Positions 1-8,830 are shown, counted from the first letter of the stretch. The stretch: DNA of 58,664 nucleotides from Deltaproteobacteria bacterium (GCA_030621515.1 JAUXHN010000002.1:1-58664), one strand, 5' to 3'. The notes: generated by a model not told the origin, from the sequence alone. Program-made: numbers and translations.

Positions 1-180
1 GAAACCGGCCGCCAAGAAGAAGGTTGCCAAGAAGAAACCGGCCGCCAAGAAGAAGGTTGCCAAGAAGAAACCGGCCGCCAAAAAGAAGGTTGCCAAGAAG
101 AAACCGGCCGCCAAAAAGAAGGTCGTAAAAAAAAAATTAAGGTAGCCAAGAAGAAGGTTGCCAAAAAGAAACCGGCCGCC
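1..180 (+). repeat. 33-nt tandem repeat encoding the 11-aa unit KKPAAKKKVAK
   Basis: Unit GAAACCGGCCGCCAAGAAGAAGGTTGCCAAGAA recurs head to tail at 1, 34, 67 and 100 with only wobble changes. It degenerates at the A10 run (127-136) and resumes at about 146-180. Confidence 0.9.
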
Positions 181-285
181 AAGAAAAAAGCTGCCCCAAA
201 GAAAAAGAGCTCATCGCTGAAGCGAAAAACGCTTCCGTTGCCTCTGCCACCCCTGCCGGTTCAGCCCTCCAAGCTAGTGAAATAG
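2..285 (+). CDS. 3' end of a Lys/Ala/Pro-rich histone-H1-like basic repeat protein; 5' truncated by the window edge; reading frame broken at an A10 tract
   Basis: Frame 2 reads KPAAKKKVAKK... to TAG at 143-145. The same Lys-rich coding continues in frame 1 from 142 to TAG at 283-285 (VAKKKVAKKKPAAKKKAAPKKK...). One extra A in the 127-136 run would join the two pieces. Each piece is under 60 aa, so neither is in the ORF track. Confidence 0.55.
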   Translation, partial: TGRQEEGCQEETGRQEEGCQEETGRQKEGCQEETGRQKEGRKKKIKVAKKKVAKKKPAAKKKAAPKKKSSSLKRKTLPLPLPPLPVQPSKLVK

Positions 286-376
286 TCGGCTTGCTCGAGT
301 AGCTGTTTCCATACGGCATGAACCACAGTCCAATCCCTGGCCATTGCGGAGAATAGGTAACTACTCTCCTGGCATA

Positions 377-385
377 TGGTATAAT
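377..385 (+). promoter_or_regulatory. Extended -10 promoter element TGGTATAAT upstream of the lipoprotein gene at 457
   Basis: Exact TGnTATAAT at 377-385, about 70 nt upstream of the ATG at 457. There is no good -35, which an extended -10 can tolerate. Confidence 0.35.
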
Positions 386-456
386 TCGCTGACGCAACAA
401 CAAGTAGACCTTCGCGACATTCGCGTCGGTCCCAAAACAAAAGGAAAGATCCTGCA

Positions 457-1843
457 ATGGCACGATTTTCATCATTTCTAACGGTCGCAATCGTTTCTGT
501 CGCGTTGGCTCAACTCGGCTGCAACAACGAAGCGGCGCCTTTCGCAAGCGCAGACACCGATGCGGACACTGATACAGACACAGACTCCGATACAGACTCT
601 GATACGGATTCCGACACAGACTCCGACACAGACTCTGATACAGACTCTGATACGGACTCCGACACGGACACCGATACAGATACCGGATCGTGCGTCGATC
701 CGGTTGCCGGTGATCCAACAATTACTTCGACTGACTGGACTTTCTCTTCGTCGACCACATCCGGCACGTACTCCCTGACTTTCAGCGAGGATGTGTTCAA
801 CGTGAACACCACCAACGTTACCTGGACCCAAGACATCGGTGGCGGAAACCTGGACAGTATTACCGGTGTGGACGGCAGCACCTACACCATCGACTTCTCG
901 GGAGTCTATGCGGGAGATGAGTACACCATCACCATCTCCCCGGGGGTGGAGGACACCTGCGGAGCCTCCGTATCCGGGGGCAACACCGTTCATTTCTGGA
1001 TAACGCCTTACAACTGGACCAGCTGCACGGAGTTCGGAACACTGACAGCGGGGGTTGTTGCTTCCCCCCCCGACACTGCCGACGGGGGATACAACCAACG
1101 CCGGCTCCGGCACCTGCTGGACGGAGAACGGCGCCGATATCATCGCCTCTTATACTGCCGCAACAGATGATCCATTGGAGTTCTCGTGGAGCAACGTGAA
1201 TGTCACGGACGGCACCAATCTGTGGAGGAACTACGAGATCTTCCTTGGAGACTGCGATCCGTCGGTGGGCACGGAGCTGTTCTGTCACAACACCGTAAAC
1301 AGCGCCGATTCCTTCTTCTACCATCCAGACGCGGGGGACGTGTTCTACATGAAGGCTATCGCCGAGGTAGGCACCAACGATTTCTCGTCCGCTGAATTCC
1401 TGGTTACCGTTTTCGAAGGAGATGATTGCACGTCTCCGGCGGATGTTCTCTCTTCCAATCACTACCTGGACACCCTGGGAGAGGATTGCTGGTGGTGGGT
1501 CGCCGACAATCTGAATACCATAGCGGATCACTCATTCACTTGCGATCCGGTCACTGGGGGGGACATGGTAATCGAGTACACAACAGGATCATCTCAGACC
1601 CAGCTCAACTTCGACGCATCCATCTCCAACTACAGCACTTCTTCCGGCAACGGCTATCTGGCCATAGAGATCACGGGGACACCTTGCGATCCTGCTGGTA
1701 CATCGGAATACTGCCATTCCATTTATGGAGATCTGGCATACGGTGGATCGATCGCGGTTGCTCCCGGCACAACCTACTACATCTGGGTGGGCGACGGTTT
1801 CAACGGTCACTATCTGCCAGACATCAACATATGTCTCTGGTAA
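457..1843 (+). CDS. Lipoprotein with a poly(Asp-Thr/Ser) linker, an Ig-like region and a C-terminal PPC-like domain; frame interrupted (+1) in a C8/G5 homopolymer region at 1064-1088
   Basis: Signal peptide with lipobox (LAQLGC). ORF 457..1170 turns into Arg-rich nonsense after about 1090, while ORF 1055..1843 (frame +1, TTG start, no signal peptide) reads as plausible protein from about 1075 (GDTTNAGSGTCWTENG...). The two pieces join at the C8 run (1064-1071) or the G5 run (1084-1088). Confidence 0.65.
553..684 (+). repeat. GAY-WCN hexanucleotide microsatellite encoding (D-T/S)n, aa 33-76 of the 457 gene
   Basis: Direct reading: DTDADTDTDTDSDTDSDTDS...DTDTDT. Confidence 0.95.
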
Positions 1844-1847
1844 CGCA

Positions 1848-3542
1848 TTAATACGAAAAGGATGACCCTCCGATGAACTCGCGCATCAGTGAGGTCTGCG
1901 GCACATCTCCAGGCATGACCGGTATGAACATCGAGAGAAATTCTCTCAACCTGTAGGCTTCCGCGTACGAAGGGCTCGTACGGGGTACCTCCAGGAGATA
2001 GCGCTCCGCGAAAATCTTGAGCACCGAGAACTCGTAGATCAGCGAGGTGTCGAAGATGACGTCCGCCGACTCCTGGAACGGGAAGATATGCCGTCTCTCT
2101 CCCCTGCGCACGGACTGCCATATCTTGATGGTCTGCGCGGCGGAGTATCCCCGATAATGGCGATCCCGCACGAGCCTTCGGATGAGCCGCGTGTCGGAGG
2201 TATGCAATCTGTTGTGCTCATCAATGGCCAGTGGGTTGAGCGCGTTGATGTAGATTCGAAACTTCTCCGATGCCGGAATGGCAGGCGCGAGGGCGTCGTT
2301 CAACCCGTGGATACCCTCTATGATCAATACCTGATCGTCGTGGAGCTTGATCGGGATCCACTTGTCCCTGTGCGCCCGTTTCCCACTCTGAAAGTTGTAG
2401 ACCGGCGCGAGCACCTCCTTGCCGTCGAGGATGCTGCGAAGATCCCTGTTGAACCTCTCGAGATCGATGGCCTCGAGCGCCTCAAAATCGAACTCCCCCG
2501 AATCGTCCCTGGGCGTCTGATGGCGATCGACATAGTAATTGTCGAGGGACAGCGCCGTGGGGCGGATCCCCGCTACCATGAGCTGTATGGAGATCCGCTT
2601 TGCAAAAGTGGTCTTCCCCGCCGATGAAGGCCCCGACACGAACACCAGCTTGCGGCCCCGGTTCGAGACAATAAGATCGGCGATGTCGGAGATGCGTTTC
2701 TCGTGCAGTCCCTCCACCACCTTGATGATTTCGCGGATGCTCCCGTCGACGCAAGCGGCGTTCAGGTCGGCCACGTGGGCCACGCCGAGCCGGCGGCTCC
2801 ACTCCCTGGCCTCCTTGTGGGTTTGGTAAAGCTTGGGCTGTGGACCTTCGTTCCTCACGATATTCCGGCGCAACAGGTCTGGAAACTGGAGAACGAAATC
2901 GTCCCCCAGCTTGAACAGCTCGAACTTGCCGAAATACCCGGTATGGGGAGCTACCGGGCCGAGACAGAAATCCACCGTGTTTCCGAGGCTCATGATTCCC
3001 ACGTGAGAGGACGGCCACCTGTCCAGGACCATCCTCTTCACCGACTCTCCCTTCCGTGCGAACAGGCGGCGCGCTTCCTCGACCGGGGTTCTTAAGAAGA
3101 CGAACGGATCTTTTCTTGCGACCAGGGCCTTCATCTCTTGCTTGATCTCACCGAGAAACCCGTCGTCGACCTCGACCCCGTTCACTTCGAAGTAGTAGCC
3201 CTCGGAGATGGCCTGCCCCACGAATATATGCGCCTGGGGATACAGACGATGAAACACCTCGTACAACATCATCGTCACATGGCGCCGGTAGATACGAGCA
3301 CCGTGGTGGGATCTGACCGGCACCGGCTCAACCGTCCCGGATCGAAGGATCTGGGCGTGAAGCGACACGACGCGGTTGTTGATCACGGCGGCGACGACCT
3401 GATTGTCTTCCTCATGAGGATGGATCTTCATGAGCTGTTCGACCGTCGTTCCCCTTACCACCTCCAGCGTCTTGCCCCGGTACTCGATTCTTGCGGGGTC
3501 TCCGATCATACTGGCGCGACTTTCATCTGTATTTCGCGACAA
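1848..3542 (-). CDS. Uridine/nucleoside kinase family protein (PRK/URK P-loop kinase) with a long N-terminal TGS/SAD-like extension
   Basis: Walker A motif VFVSGPSSAGKTTFAKR followed by a uridine-kinase-like core (LIIEGIHGLN, RRLVRDRHYRG). The track start at 3542 is TTG; the ATG at 3509 (MIGDPARIEY) is an equally plausible start. Confidence 0.7.
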   Translation of the reverse strand: MSRNTDESRASMIGDPARIEYRGKTLEVVRGTTVEQLMKIHPHEEDNQVVAAVINNRVVSLHAQILRSGTVEPVPVRSHHGARIYRRHVTMMLYEVFHRLYPQAHIFVGQAISEGYYFEVNGVEVDDGFLGEIKQEMKALVARKDPFVFLRTPVEEARRLFARKGESVKRMVLDRWPSSHVGIMSLGNTVDFCLGPVAPHTGYFGKFELFKLGDDFVLQFPDLLRRNIVRNEGPQPKLYQTHKEAREWSRRLGVAHVADLNAACVDGSIREIIKVVEGLHEKRISDIADLIVSNRGRKLVFVSGPSSAGKTTFAKRISIQLMVAGIRPTALSLDNYYVDRHQTPRDDSGEFDFEALEAIDLERFNRDLRSILDGKEVLAPVYNFQSGKRAHRDKWIPIKLHDDQVLIIEGIHGLNDALAPAIPASEKFRIYINALNPLAIDEHNRLHTSDTRLIRRLVRDRHYRGYSAAQTIKIWQSVRRGERRHIFPFQESADVIFDTSLIYEFSVLKIFAERYLLEVPRTSPSYAEAYRLREFLSMFIPVMPGDVPQTSLMREFIGGSSFSY

Positions 3543-3546
3543 AATT

Positions 3547-4434
3547 TTACCGGTCTTGTTTCAGGGGCGGCGGTGGCGGCGCGTATGAACCGTCGCACTC
3601 CACACCGGGAAAGGGATTGGGTCCGGAACAGAAATCATCCACAGAGGGATCCTCGGGGAAGACCACACCCATTCGCTCCAGCCCTTCGCGATCATCGTAG
3701 TACAGGGCCATCAAACCCATCGGCCTGTCCGGATCCCGACGTCTGAAGGGAACGATCTCCGCCTGCGAGCTCTTCTCGTCGCCGTACTTTGTGCCCAACC
3801 CCGGGGTCGCCTGATCGTCCATCGGCTCCATGGCCACGCTCTTTCCGTGTGACGAGGCCGCCGGACGGGTCGAGGGCATCTCCGACTCCTCGTAATCGCG
3901 AGGATCGTCTCCGGATGCTATTGGAACAGGCCTGTCGTGGTCGCCCCTCTCTTCCTCGTCGAACACCGCGAGACCGATGACGCCGACACTCAATTCGTCG
4001 CCCATCCGCGCGCCGTACGATTCCTCCACCGACGAGAACTCGAACGCCGCTACCTGCCGCAGGCTCTTCCTGAACCCTTCCACCCGAATCTCCTCCCCGG
4101 GCGACAACACGTATCCCCTGTCCTCCACGTAATTTGCGCTTCTTCCGGAGATGACATCACGTCCGTCCACCGATATCACGACCTCTATTCGCGCTTCTGT
4201 GCGATTGGCTACCCAGATCTGATACTCGTGACCCATCCTCCCGAGGAGGTAGTTGCGCCCTTCTACCTTGTAGATGGACAACTCCTCGCCATCGGACGTG
4301 GCCCACATCTCCACCGCGTCTCCGCGCACGGAGTTCGAGTTACTTATCGCCGAGCTTGAAGACGCGCCTCCGCAGCCTGCGGCAAACACAAAAACAAACA
4401 ACGGCACAAGCACGTGTCTAATGGTCATCTTCAT
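3547..4434 (-). CDS. Hypothetical lipoprotein
   Basis: ATG at 4434 is preceded by AAGGAGGA. N-terminus MKMTIRHVLVPLFVFVFAAGCGG carries a lipobox. The 19 codons further upstream in the track ORF lack an RBS. Confidence 0.6.
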   Translation of the reverse strand: MKMTIRHVLVPLFVFVFAAGCGGASSSSAISNSNSVRGDAVEMWATSDGEELSIYKVEGRNYLLGRMGHEYQIWVANRTEARIEVVISVDGRDVISGRSANYVEDRGYVLSPGEEIRVEGFRKSLRQVAAFEFSSVEESYGARMGDELSVGVIGLAVFDEEERGDHDRPVPIASGDDPRDYEESEMPSTRPAASSHGKSVAMEPMDDQATPGLGTKYGDEKSSQAEIVPFRRRDPDRPMGLMALYYDDREGLERMGVVFPEDPSVDDFCSGPNPFPGVECDGSYAPPPPPLKQDR

Positions 4435-4741
4435 CCCGATCCTCCTTCTAGCAAATTGCACGACATTAAGTGGCATCGAAGTATAATCCACATAACCGAT
4501 CTTGGAAAACCGCCAAGTTGCTTTCGCTACTTTCGCCGAATTGTGGCCAATTCGTGCGAAAAACAGATCGCACCAACTTATCTGTTAGATATTACTCTAT
4601 TTTACCGGCCTACCGGCATTGGATTAACCTGATTATGCCGCGTAACCGGGTGACCACCTTCGCGCCACCCCTTTTTTACAATTCCGCATATTCACCTCTA
4701 AATACAGGAAAACTAACAACAATCAGTGGATTTGCGCAATT

Positions 4742-4757
4742 TGGCAAGACACTTGCA
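4742..4757 (+). promoter_or_regulatory. Sigma-54 (-24/-12) promoter
   Basis: TGGCAAG-ACAC-TTGCA against the consensus TGGCACG-N4-TTGCW: one mismatch, correct GG to GC spacing. It lies about 30 nt upstream of an RBS-equipped small ORF. Confidence 0.6.
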
Positions 4758-4786
4758 GGAACCTAGGATGGGGCAAGGAGGTCGGC

Positions 4787-4966
4787 ATGAACTGGTTGAA
4801 CAACGTCGTTTCTGATTTTCAAAAACGATTCTTCATGGGTGAGGAGTCGTCGATAAAAGACGATGGAATACTCGACCATCTAAGGAAACGCAGGGCCGCA
4901 CAACGGACGAGGCAGTTCCTGGTACGCCTCAATGATCTCGATCGGCGCCTCGCCGAGCTTCGCTAG
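4787..4966 (+). CDS. Small hypothetical protein (59 aa), not in the ORF track
   Basis: AAGGAGG at 4775-4781, 5 nt before the ATG at 4787; open to TAG at 4964-4966. Product is MNWLNNVVSDFQKRFFMGEESSIKDDGILDHLRKRRAAQRTRQFLVRLNDLDRRLAELR, which looks basic and helical. A sigma-54 promoter lies directly upstream. Confidence 0.5.
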   Translation: MNWLNNVVSDFQKRFFMGEESSIKDDGILDHLRKRRAAQRTRQFLVRLNDLDRRLAELR

Positions 4967-4993
4967 CTCCGGAATCCTCCATCAAATTTTAAA

Positions 4994-6325
4994 TTACCAT
5001 TTGTACGTGATTATGGTCTCGTTCTTCTTGTCATCGAATTCAACGGTACCCCCGTCGCGACATCCCCAGCAGGGCGCCCAGAAGAGTTGATCCCTGTGAC
5101 CCTCTCTGTATGCCAGCGCGAGAGGTGTCGGCTGATTCCACAAAATCACACTCGATGCGTACACGTATTTTTCATTGTCTTCGACTTCGTGGAGGGCGAC
5201 CACAAAAGCGTGGCGGTTGGAACGCCCGATGGCAACCCACAGCTCCATCCCCTGTCGCGGGATCCAGCGCAACGGCTTCCAACGAAAATGTATCCCCTGC
5301 CGCGCCAGCTCCTTGCGGTCGCTGGATCGCCGGGCCAGAACCGCTCTCACATCCGCATCACTGAACATGTGGGGGTTGTCGTGGATCATCGAGAGTTCGG
5401 GGATGCTTCTGATAATTCGTGCGAACTTGTCGGGCTTCATGTTGTTGTAGATGCTGACAGCGGGGCGGGTTCGTTCTATGAAGCAGGCGGCTTCGTTCAC
5501 CTTTCCGCTGCAGCACCTGAAACCCAGGTTGGGCGCCGAGGTTTCGGGCATGCGATGCCAACGCTTGGCGCAACGCCTTCCGTTTCGCTCCGACAAAAGT
5601 TTTCCCGCGGAAAGCTCCCCCTTTGAATATCCGCGCACCGCAACCCGCTCTACCTGATCCGCGTCCGTTCCCCACCGGCTCGCGGTCCACTCCATGATCC
5701 GGCCCATGGCAAAAACACCGAATGGCGAGGACGGTAGGATCGGATCGGACGTGGCATAGTCCGAATCGCGATAGTGGTTTCCACCGGGATACCGACGGCC
5801 ATCCTCGCCTCGACAGGCCCACTCCCATTCCACCTCCGCACACAGTCTCTTTCCCTGCTCGGCACATTTAATTTCCGCATCTGCCCGGGTCAAACCCGTG
5901 AGGAATGGAAGGGCCGGATCGTTTGGAAAGGGAAGGGCGTCTATTTCGAAAGGCGTTATGGGGGTAGGGATGTTGTCGTTCTCCGCATAATGATCTCTCA
6001 ACGGGTCATTCGGCGCGCTTCCCCGGGGCAGGGTTCCACCCGGGATCTGGATAGAAGTGCCGGCGCCGGGTAATGGGAACGACGGTCGCTCGAGAACAGG
6101 CTCACTCTTCTTGTTGGACGGCGGCCGGGCCGTGTCCAGCATTCTTACCACCGCTTCGGGATCATCCCGGGGCTTTGGAGGGTTGGAGAACGGAGTGACA
6201 ATCGCTGTTGCGTCGGGCTCCATCAAATCCACACCCCCATCCACCGCCACAGAAATCTCTTTCGATTCGCCACAACCGAGAAGAATGGCAGCCACGAGAG
6301 CCAGAACCGTTAACCGAACGCCCAT
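4994..6325 (-). CDS. Lipoprotein with a formylglycine-generating-enzyme (FGE/SUMF1)-like domain plus an uncharacterised C-terminal domain of about 180 aa
   Basis: MGVRLTVLALVAAILLGCGE lipobox at the ATG at 6325. FGE-family signatures are present: GKRLCAEVEWEWACRG, MEWTASRWG, LGFRCCSG. The upstream 148 codons of the track ORF mirror the D-S repeat of the opposite gene and cross an AT-rich spacer. Confidence 0.65.
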   Translation of the reverse strand: MGVRLTVLALVAAILLGCGESKEISVAVDGGVDLMEPDATAIVTPFSNPPKPRDDPEAVVRMLDTARPPSNKKSEPVLERPSFPLPGAGTSIQIPGGTLPRGSAPNDPLRDHYAENDNIPTPITPFEIDALPFPNDPALPFLTGLTRADAEIKCAEQGKRLCAEVEWEWACRGEDGRRYPGGNHYRDSDYATSDPILPSSPFGVFAMGRIMEWTASRWGTDADQVERVAVRGYSKGELSAGKLLSERNGRRCAKRWHRMPETSAPNLGFRCCSGKVNEAACFIERTRPAVSIYNNMKPDKFARIIRSIPELSMIHDNPHMFSDADVRAVLARRSSDRKELARQGIHFRWKPLRWIPRQGMELWVAIGRSNRHAFVVALHEVEDNEKYVYASSVILWNQPTPLALAYREGHRDQLFWAPCWGCRDGGTVEFDDKKNETIITYKW

Positions 6326-6397
6326 TTGTGACCCTATATCATAACGCTCATTATTTTTTATCCATTTTACATTGTTCGAGGTTATCATGTTGATGAG

Positions 6398-7354
6398 ATG
6401 TTCACTCGACATGACTTTCAGAATCTTTACCCTATCCTGTGCTTTCTGGCGACGATCCCGTCGGTCGCCTGCTCTCCGAACACTTACGATTACTGGGCCT
6501 CGCTGAACATGGACGCGGGCGCCGATGGCGACTCGGATTCCGATTCCGACTCGGACTCGGACTCCGATACGGATACAGATTCCGACTCGGACTCGGACTC
6601 GGACAGCGAAACCGAAGATGAAGGCGGCTGCACGGACACGGGCAGCAGCACCGGCACTGACACCGGGGTGGATGCGGGATCCGGGGACGGTGGGGATTCG
6701 TTCCCGGACGGAGGATGCCCGCCGGACATGGTCTTCGTTTCTTCCGCTTCGGTGCCGGGGGTTTCTCAATCGTATTGCATCGATATTTACGAAGCGTCAC
6801 GGGACGACGCCACCAGCACGAGCCAGGGCATCGCCACCGGCATCGCCCACTCCGTCCCGGGGAAACAACCCTGGTGGAACAATCCGATCAGCACGCCCAT
6901 CGTCAACTCATACCAGGCGGCGTGCGCCGCAGCGGGTAAACGTCTTTGCCAATCCCAGGAATGGTTCGAGGCGTGTTCCGGTGAGAGCGATTTCGTGTAC
7001 GTGTTCGGCGATGCTTTCGATCAAAACCTCTGCAACAGCGTCGGCGCCCTGTGCGACGAATGGTGCATAAGCCACAGCATACCCATGAGCAGCTGCGACC
7101 TGGGCTACAACTGCGGCTATACCTACGGCTGCCACGAAATTCTCCCGACGGGTGACTTTCTCCAGTGCACCAATACTCTGGGTACCTTCGACATCTGCGG
7201 AAACGTATGGGAAATCGCCCTGACATCGACCTCCTGGGAGATTCGCGGAGGCGCGTTCAACTGCGCTTCCCCGGACTGGCGCCTGCAGTGCAACTATATC
7301 GCCGGTTGGACCAGCCTTTACGCGGGCTTTCGGTGCTGCAAGGATCCGGAATAA
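6398..7354 (+). CDS. Lipoprotein with a poly(Asp-Ser/Thr) linker and an FGE/SUMF1-like domain
   Basis: Lipobox SVAC, then DGDSDSDSDS...; FGE-like motifs AAGKRLCQSQEWFEACSG, GNVWEI, RGGAF, GFRCC. Confidence 0.65.
   Translation: MFTRHDFQNLYPILCFLATIPSVACSPNTYDYWASLNMDAGADGDSDSDSDSDSDSDTDTDSDSDSDSDSETEDEGGCTDTGSSTGTDTGVDAGSGDGGDSFPDGGCPPDMVFVSSASVPGVSQSYCIDIYEASRDDATSTSQGIATGIAHSVPGKQPWWNNPISTPIVNSYQAACAAAGKRLCQSQEWFEACSGESDFVYVFGDAFDQNLCNSVGALCDEWCISHSIPMSSCDLGYNCGYTYGCHEILPTGDFLQCTNTLGTFDICGNVWEIALTSTSWEIRGGAFNCASPDWRLQCNYIAGWTSLYAGFRCCKDPE
6524..6622 (+). repeat. Hexanucleotide microsatellite encoding (D-S/T)n plus ETEDE
   Basis: Direct reading of aa 43-75 of the 6398 gene. Confidence 0.95.
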
Positions 7355-7422
7355 TCCCGGGTCGATCGCTCGTTGCTCTTTATTGACTGAAAACCCCGAA
7401 CTGCGTACTTCATCAAGGTGAG

Positions 7423-8568
7423 ATGATCGACCATCGCGACATCGAGCATGCAAACAACTGGATCGAGCTGTCCAGCGGTGCTCTCCTTCACAACGCGACC
7501 CTGTTTCGCCGACTTATCGGGAGTGACCTCGCGCTCATGGCGGTGGTCAAGGCGAACGCCTACGGACACGGCATGCTCCCGGTTGCGAAAACCGTTGTGG
7601 AATCCTGCGTCGATTGGCTGGGGGTCTTCACGACGAGCGAGGGAATAGCCCTTCGTGAAGCGGGGATCACCGTTCCGATCCTGGTCCTCGGGGCCACCTC
7701 GGAAGAGCAAATCGACGGCGCCGTCAAGGCGGGCCTGAGGTTGTCGATCGCGTCGACCAGCGGGATGAGGGATCTTCTGGACAACCCATCATGCGCCCGA
7801 ATCCCGGTGCATCTGAAACTGGAGACCGGAACAAATCGCCAGGGACTGGCAGGCGCGGAACTGCCCGAGGCCATCTCGCTTCTCCGTGGCGCCGGCGTGT
7901 CGATCGAGGGAGCGTACACCCACTTCGCGGATATCGAAGACACCACCGATCACACCTTCGCCGCCGGCCAGATCGACCGATTCGAGACGCTCCTCGAACA
8001 GCTGGACGTGGCCGTACCTATCCCCCACACCGCCTGTACAGCGGCGACGATCCTTTTTTCGAACACGCATTTCAGGATGGTCCGGGTGGGCATCGGCCTG
8101 TTCGGGTTGTGGCCCTCCAGGGAGACCCAGGTCTCGGCGGCCGTCCTCGAACGCAACGGCCTGGATCTGCGGCCCGTCATGACCTGGAAGACCCGCATCG
8201 CGCAGATCAAGGACGTTCCCATGGGAGAGTACGTCGGCTACGGGCGGACATTCCGCGCGACCCGCCCCACGCGAATAGCGGTTCTTCCGGTCGGGTACGC
8301 AGATGGTTACGATCGAAAGCTGTCCGGCGGCGCTCACACCCTGGTGCGCGGGACTCGCGCTCCCGTGGTGGGACGGATCTGCATGAACCTCACCATGGTG
8401 GATGTCACCGATGTCGCGCAGGCCGGCGCGGGCGACGAGGTAATCCTCCTCGGAACGATGGGGGACGAGTCCGTCAGCGCGGAGGATCTGGCCCGGCTCG
8501 CGGACACCATCAACTACGAGATCGTCACCCGGGCGGCTCCGGGCTCGCCGAGGATCCTCGTCCCGTGA
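7423..8568 (+). CDS. alr: Alanine racemase
   Basis: PLP-lysine motif AVVKANAYGHG near the N-terminus, length 381 aa, and typical C-terminal beta-domain motifs (GYADGY, GRICMN). Confidence 0.93.
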   Translation: MIDHRDIEHANNWIELSSGALLHNATLFRRLIGSDLALMAVVKANAYGHGMLPVAKTVVESCVDWLGVFTTSEGIALREAGITVPILVLGATSEEQIDGAVKAGLRLSIASTSGMRDLLDNPSCARIPVHLKLETGTNRQGLAGAELPEAISLLRGAGVSIEGAYTHFADIEDTTDHTFAAGQIDRFETLLEQLDVAVPIPHTACTAATILFSNTHFRMVRVGIGLFGLWPSRETQVSAAVLERNGLDLRPVMTWKTRIAQIKDVPMGEYVGYGRTFRATRPTRIAVLPVGYADGYDRKLSGGAHTLVRGTRAPVVGRICMNLTMVDVTDVAQAGAGDEVILLGTMGDESVSAEDLARLADTINYEIVTRAAPGSPRILVP

Positions 8569-8830
8569 AAGCCCCGATGATGCCGATGACTACTGGGAAG
8601 ACGATTACGATGACAGCTGTGGTTTCTTCTGCGACCTCCTGGACTTCATCGATACAATGAACAGGAACGACACCCATCCGGAAGAGGATTTCGACTGCGC
8701 CGACATCGACAAGACATGCGTCGAAAAAAGAGACGACAACGACGACACCTACGCCGTATGCGGATACGACCAGAGCGAAATCTGGTGAACACCCCGAATC
8801 GCCGACATCAACAATGATCGAATCGCGCTC

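Noticed and set aside
4470-4766. 98-aa plus-strand ORF in the AT-rich spacer
   Set aside because: There is no RBS. The composition is odd, the ORF would overlap the start region of the lipoprotein gene at 4434, and it runs through the sigma-54 promoter.
4994-6769. N-terminal extensions offered by the ORF track (for example 591 aa for the FGE-like gene, 337 aa for 44975..45988, and 23166 as the start of the EBP)
   Set aside because: The extensions cross AT-rich spacers or neighbouring promoters, or mirror D-S/T repeats of the opposite strand. Internal starts give proper RBSs and signal peptides or domain starts.
7791-8660. 289-aa ORF in an alternative frame of alr
   Set aside because: It is an Arg/Gly/Pro-rich out-of-frame reading of alanine racemase.
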